A DNA stretch of 62,942 nt, from positions 1 through 62,942 of the forward strand of contig NW_026935111.1 in assembly GCF_032062105.1 (NCBI RefSeq), read 5' to 3'. Positions 24,001-36,000 of the stretch are shown here, in pieces (within the stretch, counting starts at the first letter, position 1; each line of letters opens with the position of its first letter). The notes beneath the pieces were generated by a model, which worked only from the letters and a program-made list of their open reading frames with translations, ran no database searches and had not been told where the DNA came from. Origin of the DNA: Saccostrea cucullata (taxonomy: Eukaryota). The position numbers and the translations under genes are program-made.

Positions 24001-27000
24001 GTCACCGATAGGTCAAATTAAAATGTGTTTATATATTAAGCTTATGTTTCAGATATTGAGTAATGCAATGATTATTAAACTGTTATATATTGATAATATA
24101 TAATTCATAGGTTACAAAGAGCAAAACCTATTTCTAGGACAAAGATGTTACAGTAAATATTGTCAAAATAAAATACCCTGGAATGAAAAACCCATTTGAT
24201 AATACAGGGGGAAAAATTACAATTTGTTAATTCAGATAGAATGATTAAGTTAACTCTAATAGAACTAAACTAAACTGAATTTTTTTTTTTTAAATCCATT
24301 AACTACTACTGAAGAAATGTTAATATTTACAGACAGACCGTTAAAGGGAATACAATATAGATATAGAGACTGACAACGGGAATATGTTACAGACAGACAG
24401 ACAGACAGAGGGATACATTACAGACAGACAGACAGACAGAGGGATACATTACAGACAGACAGACAGACAGAGGGATACATGCCATAGCCAATGGATCTAC
24501 TGGAAAAGGAATGGTCGTCATGACAACTGTGTAAGCTGGAGCTATCGTCATCATCAAAAGCGGGACGTTTGTCTGCGAAGCAAAAATATCAGGAAATCGT
24601 CACAGCAAAAAAATATCAGGAAATCGTCACAACAAAAAAATTAAATATAAACTGCTGGAACAAGGCTATAGAAAAAAAAATAAGGAAAGAAGAAAAACAT
24701 ACAGATTTATACCAAACACTAAATAAACAGTTGTATAACAGGCTTAATTAGTTCAATCAATCTAAATTGCATTTTATGCTTTGCAGTTGGAAAAATTTGC
24801 TGGGCACTTGTTGGGCACTTATTGTCAATTAAAAAAAATATGAAATCAAAAACTGAAAATTCTAACAACTCGCACACACAAACTACAGAAAGGAATTTCA
24901 AACTTTTTGAAAAAGTGTTTTATCAAATTACTCATAAAACTAATATATAGTGTGCAAATTTGTCAAGGAAAATGATTAAAATTCTACAACTTCATAGCAG
25001 AAAAAAAAAACAATGAATAGAGCAAATGGCTAATGGTTAATTAAAATTAACTCGGGTCTGTTGAAGGAGAACACCCCACTTTTTTATTTTGTAATTTTCT
25101 CAAAAGAATATTGAGAAATGAAATTCCTAGCTGATTCAGTACAATAAATTTACCAAACATTTGAAAATAAATATTTATCTAAAGTAAGCATGGTGATTGA
25201 TCAAGAGTTATCTCCCTTGGCAGAGGATGTGTTCCACCTTAACTGAGCTGTATATAAGTTAATAGTGAGACACTTACATGCATACTCTACAGGAAATGCT
25301 TGAACTACAAAGAAAAGGAAACAAAACGTAAACCATGCAGCTCTACACAATATATAGTAGAAAAAAAATTGTCAGAAGAAATCAGGCCTATTTCATTTCG
25401 GTTTTGTTTGAGGTTCAACCACTTATGGTGGGACAAACCTGTGGCAATTTGTAGTTGTATTCCTACCCCTAAGGTTCTTTATATGAAAGAGAAAAAAAAA
25501 TGTTCAACGAGTTCCAATTGTTTCACAAAATGCTTGTTTGACACAGCTTTTACCACTGTTAAAAGGAGTGTTCATAAATGTGTTGAATTGTGTGTAGACT
25601 GGGCTTACTCTCTGGGTTATAACAAGAGAGGGAGTGGGACAGTGGAGGACCACAATCAGTATGTGTGTCTGAGGGGCGGGCATCTTCATTTTTATGAGTG
25701 TATAAGGCCAAAAAAAATTAATAAATTGTTTCTCAGGCCAAAAAATTCAAAATTCAATGCAGCAGGCAGGCTTTTTTTTGAAACAGGTTTTGCACCTTTT
25801 TTATAAGTCATTTGTGCAGTTAAATGATAATATCTACTAATTCTTAAGTTTTGTTCTCTAAAATTAGTTATAACATGTATTCAACATTAAATAATGTAAT
25901 TCCAAACATTTATTTAAAAGTTAACTGATAAAATACTTTAGATTTAGAAAATATATTGTTTTTCTAATAAAAACGTCTTTCTTAGCATTTATGAAAAGGG
26001 GAATAACTCGATTTTCTTTTTCAACTTGGAAAAATAGAAAATCGAGTTATTTCCCTTTTCAATATGTCAATAAAATTGATCAATGCGGCCGTTTTTGAAC
26101 TGATGCGGCGGTGCCTGAGAAACTATTTATTAATTTTTTTTGGCCTAAGAAGAGGCTGCTCTCTTGCTCTGGAAAGTATTTAAGAGGTTAAAGAAAGGGG
26201 CCTGGGAAATTTGTCACTCTAACACAAGGTATTACTTAAACATGTCTTAGTTTGGCTTTCTCTCTAGTTACTGTTTATGGTTATTATGGTCAGACTAGAT
26301 AAGAGAAGAGGAAGTTTACAAACAATTACTTGGGATGTTTTTACTAAAATGTGGGCAGAGTATGCTGTCTGGGACAATCTGAGGGTCTTGGAGGGGTAGA
26401 GGGGGTCACACTTCACACTTACTTGGTGGGGGTTGAGGTAGATCCCCAGCATTGACCCTGGGTCCCCCTCCACTGGTGTACTGCATGTTGTACTGGGTCC
26501 GGGGAAATCCCGGCCGTGATAACATCCCCGCCTCTCCACGGTCCATGTTCAACGCTCCATTAGGTAGAGCCGTCACCATGGCTATAGCTAGAAAAGAGAG
26601 CATTATATTAGCATTGTTTAATAGACTTTTGATACTGTTTCTATCCTATAGTCCTATATTTTTTTTCTTACGTTCCCTGGGTGGTGGCTGAGCATCAACA
26701 GAAATCATGAGAGGTTTGGTGGCCTTGGGGCGGATTATCCCGGGGTTAGGTTGTCTGGGGGGCAGGAACCTCTCCCGTTCTTCGTGATCAGATGGTGGAT
26801 GATAGTACATCTCATCTAGTTAACAAGACAATGAAAAATTTATAATGTTTTAACATGCTTTAGTCAAATTGAAAGATTGTTCAAATTTTATTTGTAATCT
26901 CTGTCCATTACTTGAATTCTCTGTTCCTGTTGTCAAGAAACATAAAATTTTCACTTGAATTAACTTTGATTTTAAGTCTTACTTCTCTCCTCATGGTAAG

Positions 27001-30000
27001 GTGGAAGATCATCCATCGATCTGTAATCATTAGAACTCCGGCGAGTTGTGCTCATTGTCAAGGTCGACTCGCTTCTCTGACCTTTGTCTATGTTCTTCAT
27101 CTCCATGTTGTCATGGATCCAGAGGTCAGGGGGTTTAAGGTCACGACCTTGACCTTTAGCCTTCAGTGGAGATTGCTGATTCTGTTGAGCTCTGCAAGAT
27201 ATTAGTAAGTTTTACAAGTTAGAAAGTTCATGAACTAATGTTAAGCACTGAAAATTTCTTTTTAATTACATGACAAATATAATGTTTGAATTCAAAGAAG
27301 AGCCTGAACATATTTGATGATTTACAAATAGCATGACAATTTCTTATCCAATGGAAAAAAAAAATCTTAAAATAATGAAATTCAGATTTTCACACTTTCA
27401 ACAAGCATTCTGAGAGTATTGCATAAGCAATACATGTCCCCTACCGGGTTCCCCTTTTTCTTTAGGATGTCATTTTATAATATGCAAAAGTCATGTGCAA
27501 GGTCAAACTGAAAGATTTTCAAGTTGTAAATGCCTTAAAACCAATAAAATAATCCACATTAAGACGAAAATTCAACTCATTTCTCCACCGTCTTTTCCTC
27601 GCTTCATATTTTTGTCGACAATCGGAAGTTTGCGCAGTTCGAACCCGATCTTAATTAAGCGATTATGAAAAATATTCAAAATGCCATAATTTTTTAAAAA
27701 ATCAATGAAGCGTAGCGAAATTCAAACTTGATCTGTAACTCATTAAGATACACTCGCATACCAAAATTCAGCTCAATATCTGAAAGCGTTTAGAAAAAAA
27801 GTGTGAAAAACCAAGTGGGACAGACTGACGGAGACAGACAGACAGACGGACGGACGGACGGACAGACGCAGAGGAAACCTATAGTCCCCTCCGGTTTCAC
27901 CGGTAGGGGACTAATAAGTGAATAACTTTGCATATTTAACTCTGATGAGTATCATTGGGTTGTTGTAATACATACTGTCTTTTTAGTCTCTGTTCATTGT
28001 CACGTCTCTTGCAGTAGATGACGGCGACAACAATGATGATGATACAGAACGTCGCCCCAACGACAGACGCAATGATGATGTTCATGATTCCCGTAGGCAG
28101 CCCGCCTTCAGAGTTACTTCCCCTTCGTCCGTCACTATTTCCACTGTCTGTACAAAGATATAACATTTAACAATTCAGAATTTACATATTTACTGCCATA
28201 CCTTACTATTCTTTTGTCTATTAATTCCTGACCATAATTATTTTAACTCAAAAAAAAAAAAAAAAAAAGACAAAATCAGAAAGACATTCCGATTTTGGTA
28301 ACTTTAAAAAAGAAAAAAAAAACTAATATTAAAAGGAAATTTTTCAAAAAGCCTGAATATCAAACGAATCTTTCTTTTAAAAAGAAAAGGACTACAGTTA
28401 CTGTCTTGTAATTTTGCCCAATGTATATCACCATTCTACTTAAAAAAAATGTCAAAAGTTGGACAAACACCAAATAATTTAAGCCCTTACTTATTATTTA
28501 ACATGCATTCTTGGGTCTTACCAAAATTATAACCAGGTAAGGTGGGAATATTTACCTTCATTATCTGCTGAGGAAGACTGTGGTATACTATTGCCGGGTA
28601 AGATTTTCCCGTTCTATATGTCCCTTCTGGTTTGGGAGACTGGGGTATACTATTGTGCGGTGGGATTTCCCTGTTCTATATTTACCTTCTGGTTTGGGAG
28701 ACTGTGGTATACTATTGTGAGGTGGGATTTTCCTGTTCTATATTTACCTTCTGGTTTTGGTAACTGCAGTATGCTATTGTTAGGTGGGATTTTCTCGTTC
28801 TATATTTACCTTCTGCTTTTGGTGACTGTGGTATACTATTGTGAGTTGGGATTTTCCAGTTCTATATTTACCTTCTGGTTTGGGTGATTGTGGTTTAGTA
28901 TTGTGAGGTGGGATTTTCCTGTTCTATATTTACCTTCTGGTTTGGGAGACTGAGGTATACTTTTGTGAGGTTGGATTTTCCTGTTCTATATTTACCTTCT
29001 GGTTTGGGTGACTGCGGTATACTATTGTGAGGTGGGATTTCCCAGTTCTATATTTACCTTCTGATTTAGCTGACTGTGGTATACTATTGTGCGGTGGGAT
29101 TTTCCCGTTCTATATTTATCTTCAGGTTTGGGAGACTGGTACACTATTGTGCGAGGGATTTTCCTGTTCTATATTTACCTTCTGGTTTGGGTGACTGTGG
29201 TATACTATTGTGAGGTGGGATTTTCCCGTCGATCTGTTGGGGATATTCGGGGTTTATCTGACCGCCACCACTGCCGTCCGCTAAAAACATGCCACAAACA
29301 TTACAAAGGTTAGTAAACAGTGTCAGTACAGGAACGCCTCACAAAAGATCTCCATATACATAACCATCACTAAACTATAGTTCAGGGCTATAACATTTCA
29401 CTGGTACGACTTTTACCCATAGCCTTACATCCCACAAACCAGATTTTTCAGGATCCTGAATTTTGATTGATTATCAAGCACCTCGTTCAATCTTATTTTC
29501 TTAGAGAAATTAAAGGTCGTTTAACTGGAACTAAATGTTTATTTAATAATCAGGGTTAACTGTAAAATCAATGACACAAAGATATAAGGTTTAGTAAATC
29601 TTAGATAACTTATAAAAGATATTTTGTGAGGAAGACCAATGTACCCTTCACCAAGCACACAATGTTCTCTTTTATACCGGGACTACATACATTTATTTCC
29701 TTTATCTTAAAAATACTATTGTGGTTTTCATATTCATATAATAAAATGTATGACATTTCAATAAAATATAGTATGAAAAATTTAAAGTTATCATAAAAGA
29801 ATTTTAAATCTGTAAGAAAAACCATATTTAACTACATAGAATATGAGAACTCTTGAGGATCTCTTTTACATTGTATACATCTTTCTCACACCACTGTCAA
29901 ATATTAATGAAATTAAAATGACACATTACATGAAATATCAGGTAAATGATATTTTAATCTTTAGCAAATTCTTTGACAGAAAAAAATAAACAATCTCTAC

Positions 30001-33000
30001 AAGATCCAAGCTATTTCTTGTGTGATTCAAAGTTCAATCTTTTTTTTTTTCATGTTAACTATATAATCCTTTAATATATGTCTACCACCTTCAATTATAT
30101 GGCAACCTATTCATTTTTTGCAATAATTGTTATATATAAACAAAATCAAATGAAAAATAATGAATTTCTTTTTAATAAATTCTATCACCATGTACACGTG
30201 CTGTAACAGTGCATAACCAGACAAAAGCATACAGTCTTATCTACATAAAACAAACCTAATGTCCCTACCCCAACACAAACAAAAGACATCACTAGTTTGC
30301 CTTTTCACCCATGCAATCATTTTGTTTGGGTCTTAAAGGATTTTGTGAAAAATTATGTGAAAAGGTCAAAAATAATATGAATGGGTCAAAAGATCTCAAA
30401 TGATCAAGTCTTAACAGTAGATGTACACAATTAGGGTTGTCCCCCTTTTGTGAGATCTAATATTAAGTAGTTAACTTAAATTCCCACATTCAACACATGA
30501 ATCTTCAGATAAAATGTTTTAACTGTTTAAGATATCTCATGTATGAGGATCTAACTACATGTACTTTCAAATAATTTCCTAAAATCAGCTGAAATAAGTC
30601 CAGCTTGGGGTTTAAATGAGATTTTTACTTTTTTCTGTTTTTCTTTTGACCTACCTGAAGCTATTCAAGTATCAAATGACCCACCAATACCTCTTGGTTG
30701 TCTGTTTACTGACCTTTGGGAGTTTTGTAGATGACAGTTTCAGACAGCGGTCCGTAGCCTTTACTGTTCCGAGCCTGTACTTTGAAGTAATACGTTGTGG
30801 ATGGTGTCAGTCGTTTTATCGTCGCTGATAATTCGTCCCCCTCCAGAACTCCATCCACCACCCACGCGCGTAATTCTTGTTTAGGATCCGTCGTATAGAA
30901 AACCAGGTATCCTACAAATCAAGTTGATCCTGTTAATTCACTTTTGATGATTTGATAACCCTTATCATTAAATTAATTTTTCAACATTTAGAGACTTCAC
31001 AGGTCAATCTGTATAAGTCGTGTTTCATTAAATATGCCATGTGAAAATTAACCCTTATCATTAAATTAATTTTTCAACATTTAGAGACTTCACAGGTCAA
31101 TCTGTATAAGTCGTGTTTCATTAAATATGCCATGTGAAAATTTAATGTGATTTACAAACCAATAACTCTCACAAAACTTAAAAACAATTCCTCAACTGAC
31201 ATCTGCGGTCATCTCACTCCTGATGTTGATATACCTATAACCTGATGATGATTTACCTGTAATTTTTCTGGTCACCTGATGACCTGACCTTGACCTCTGA
31301 TGTCACCTGATGACCTGACCTTGACTTACCTGTGATTTGTCCGTTCGGTTTGGCTGGGGGTTGCCAGTTCATGATCACAGCTCGGGGGTCATTTTCTTTG
31401 GGGACTGGAGTCAAATCTAGTGGCGGAGAGCCTGGGGCTAAAAATATGAAATATTACAATGTAATCCCATTGTTAAAGATAGCACCTTTTATAACATGGC
31501 CCTTGGTATTAGGTTATTTTACAGTGACAAAATGAACATCCTAATAACGAAATTCCACTGTATCTAAATAAGGATACAATATTCAGCAGGACCCAAAATA
31601 TGTCAATTAAGGCACATGTATAATATAAATGTCCAAAAATTCAACTATAAGGCCCAAAAAATTAATCAATAGTTTCTCATGCCAAAAAAATCAGAATTCA
31701 ATGTGGCAGGCAGGCTTTAAAGAGTTATCTCTCTTTTCAATATGTCAATAAAATTGAACAATGCAGCCGTTTTTGAACTGATGTGGCGGTGCCTGAGAAA
31801 CTATTGATTATTTTTTGGGGGCCTATCCTAAAATATTTTTTTTGTGAAAACCGTTGATTAAAAAATTCAGCGTTTTACCTGCTTCTTGTGTCCTGTTGGT
31901 TTCCTTCATGCTCCAGGGACTCTGTCGACGACCTTTGATGACCTTGACATCAAACTCGTACCTGGTGTTTGGCTTCAGACTGTCTATATGGGCATTTAGG
32001 TCAGTAAAGTTCTGGTACCAGTATCTGAAATGTAACGGTAAACCATTAAGGTCAGTAAAGTTCTGGTACCAGTATCTAAAATAAAACGGTAAACCATTAA
32101 ATGTTGGCAAAATTCTGGTACCAGTATCTAAAACAAAATGGCAACTCATTAATGTTGGTAAAGTTCTGGTACAAGTATCTAAAATAAAACGGTAACTCAT
32201 TAATGTCAGTAAAGTTCTGGTACCAGTATCTAAAATAGAACGCTAACCCATTTGGGTTTGTAAAGTTCTGGTACAGGTATCTAAAATATAAATGGTTACC
32301 CATAAATGTCGGTAAAATTCTGGTATCAGTATCTTAAATGTTACAGTAATTCATGAAGGCTTAGAGAAGTCAATGTTTTGCTTGTATTTTGATTTGAGGC
32401 AATGTCTCCTTCATCAGTTCATGTATTTCTAAGCCAGTTAAAGCTCTGTCATTTTCCAAAATTTGCCAGTGATGGGTAATTTTGCCTGGCTTTATCATGA
32501 TTTTACCAACTAAATATTCATTTGAGAAATAATCTGTAATCAAAATCATTTCCACCAGCTTTCCCCTTATTCTGTTAATGTACAAGCTATTTCTATTGAA
32601 AGCCCTAGCTGTAAATTACTACATGTGTACCAATTGTTTTTTACTTTCATGGGGATGCCATGCCTTAAAGTATTATCTGTACACAAGCTCACCTACTATT
32701 TTCACTCTACACGTAGGTCAAAAGCTCTACAGAGTTTATGTTACTTGTTTTAAAAAAATCTGACTGTAAACAAAATTTTCTGATTCTGATGGTGGCAACG
32801 AAGTACCTTACAACATGATCTGTACACAGACTGACCTGCTATTTTCACTCTCCACGTTGGTGGCCACACGATACCTCACTGTGTAGTAGCGGGTGTCCTG
32901 AACCATCTGATTGACCCCCAGTGTGGTGTCGGTCCACATTAAGACGATTGTCGTGGAAGATAAAACTTGTGTCTTCAGGCCAACTGGTGGCATCAGGGGT

Positions 33001-36000
33001 AGAACTGACTCATGCACTGGAAAAGAACACAATACATTCAAAGTAATACCACACACTCAAAATAACACAACACACTCAAAATAATACAACTCAAAGTTTA
33101 TCTAGTGATATATATGTTGCAGTCAAAGAGGGTCTCCATTAAGAAAAACCCACCTCTACTTGTTTTTTTTCCAAAGATAGCAGTAGAGCAACTAGAGATG
33201 ATCTACTTTTCTAACTCTAAGTGTTAACTCACTGTTATGTGGTATCTTAGGTGGTATCTTACCTGATTCTTTGGTGGTATTTTAGGTGGTATCTTACCTG
33301 ATTCTTTGGTGGTATTTTAGGTGGTATCTTACCTGATTCTTTGGTGGTATCTTATGTGGTATCTTACCTGATTCTTTGGTGGTGGTGGCAGTGGTGTATC
33401 GGGGCGGTCCCTCTCCTTTGTTGTTTTTAGCTTTGACAGTTATCACATACTCTGACGAAGGCACTAAAATTATGTACACATAAATATTAATATTACTGAC
33501 CCAATCATAGGAGAGGTAGCTGGAAGAAAATTGTCTGTTTAGCCCTGAATACCACATTCATCCATCCTCAACTTGCATGATAATATGAAACAATCAGATT
33601 CATTATGCCACTTAACAAAATACTTTAATATTTTATTATAATTTTCTGTTGTTCATAACATAAATATTAATGTAACACAGTAAAACTCTGTTATAACAAA
33701 GTCACTGGGACCAGTGAAATTCCTTCACTATATCCATAATTCGTTATATCCATATAAGGAACTCCTTAAATTTGTATAGTTGGGGATACAAAATAACTTT
33801 GCTCTATCCATGAATTCGCACTATCCGTGTTCATACTACGAGTTTTACTGTAGATACGCAATTACTAGTAATCAAATTAAATCATTCTGTCATTTAATTT
33901 ATTGAGAAGTAATGGTAATGATATGTATACTTACAGAGATCTTTGATGGTGAAGACGTGAGTCTCCGGCCCGAAGTGCCTCTTCTCGGTGTCAGGGACGC
34001 CCTTCCCCCAGCCCAGTATGTACCCCCTGACCATGATCTTGGACTCGGGGGGAGGGGTAGACCAGGAGACACGTATAGAGGTGTCGTCCGTTGTCACGTG
34101 GACACGGCGGGGGGCATCTGGGACTTTAGACTCTGTCAAGACAGTAATAAAGAGTTTACATGGCATAAAATGTATGTCTAGTAGTATCTGTCTTTTGTGT
34201 ACAGTGATCTATACACAGCAATTATTCTATACAGTATACATTTACTATTATTTTAGTGAGAAAAAATATCCAAGAGTTCTGCAAACTTCTTTAAATCACG
34301 AATATAAATTGCCATAAACAAATCATTTTACTTGGTATATGAAGAGAAATGTTTCCTCAGTCACAAAAAATTAATTGTTAGAAATTGATTTCAAACTTAC
34401 GAATCATAAATAAAAGATGACAAATACATATATAACTGTTGGTTTAGAGTTTAATAGAAATTATGAAATGTGGTGATAAAACATGGTTACAAATAATTTC
34501 AAAAATTAGGAAATCAATTCAAACAAATTAAAATTATATCTTTTAGGTATGACAGTTTTATCTTTTATACTTATGAAATTTAGTAAAAAATTTTACAGAA
34601 TCAATCTGAAACATACAAAAAAGCTTTTAAATCTTTAACTTATGAGTTGACATGTTCCCATGGTAAAAGTCTGTCTACTCACCGTCCAGGTCGTCTTTAT
34701 ACGTGGTGGCCCACAGTTTCTGGGTTAGCGGCCCGCTCCCGTTCACAGTAAGCGCTGAGATCCGCACCTGATACTCCGTATCTTTCTCCAGATTGGTCAG
34801 AGCATACAGTCGTCGGTTTCCGTCCGTGGTGACTGTAGCTCCGTTCCTGGATGCCCCCCGCGTCTTGTAGCGGATTTTGTATCCTGTTATGATTCCGTTC
34901 TGATGATCTGCGGGGGGTGGATCCCACCTCACAATCAATGACTGGAAAAAACAGAGTATTTATAAGCTAAATAAATAGTACAGGTATAAACACACACATC
35001 AATACAACACTTTAATTCAAGATATTCCTGCTGTTTTTAAGATAGTTTACTACAGTGAAACTTTGTTTTTTAAAATACAGTGAAACCTGTCTAATTTGAC
35101 TTGCACTGCAAGGCAAATTTTATGTTGAAGTACACAGAATGTCAAATACTACATTGTTAAGACTATGTAAAAAAGTAAAAGTGGGAATAAAAATGAACTC
35201 CAGAATTCCCCATGAAATGGATAGCCAGACATCAGATAATACTCAGACAGTTTTCACAGTATAAATATCAAAACGTACCGTGGAACTGGCCGTCTCTAGT
35301 GTGGCATTCTGTGGCGGCTCTGAAGGTTTGTCTGAGAACGTTTTGGCGGAGATTTCCCTGGTACTCATGCCCTCCCCATTCTCATTGACAGCCACGATGT
35401 GGAACGTGTACTCCCTAAAGGCCATCAACCCTAAAGAAGATGGAGAGGTTATCATGAAATTTCCTATTCATCAATTTATTATATAACATACAAAGATTAT
35501 CTCGCACTGATCATGAATATTGACAAAATCAAAATGACCGCACAATCATGAGACCGATCATAAAGCAAGTGTGACAGGTCAATGCTTTCTCCTCCATGGC
35601 ATCTGCTCCCACCTCTGATGCTGTTACAGTCCCGATATTTGCTAAGCTCCTAATTTGTCATTTCAAAGTACGTTTGAGATTGATTGCTGTTTGTCATCTC
35701 CCTATTTCATTTGAATGCTCACTGCCCCAGAGTTAATTACTATAGATTCGTACCTCTCAGCAGCTTCTTGGTGTCTGTGACCTCGATCTGACTCGTGTGT
35801 GAGCTGTCTGCCTCTGAGAAGATCAGCAGGTACTTGGTGATTTGTCCCTTGGGCTGACGGGGAGGGTTCCAGGAGACGAGGATAGAGCTCGGAGACTGAG
35901 GGACTGCGGACACATCAACCGCAGGGCTGGGTACAGCAACTGTAATGTAATAAAATGTATACTTAGAGTAATGGGAGAGGGGGTGTTGGGTACCGCAACT

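Noticed and set aside
26330-26386. Possible extra 57-nt neogenin exon
   Set aside because: It would need a ~36-nt intron after 26423, and read-through hits a TGA.
28591-29313. Plus-strand hydrophobic ORFs
   Set aside because: They are translations of the 62-bp minisatellite on the non-coding strand.
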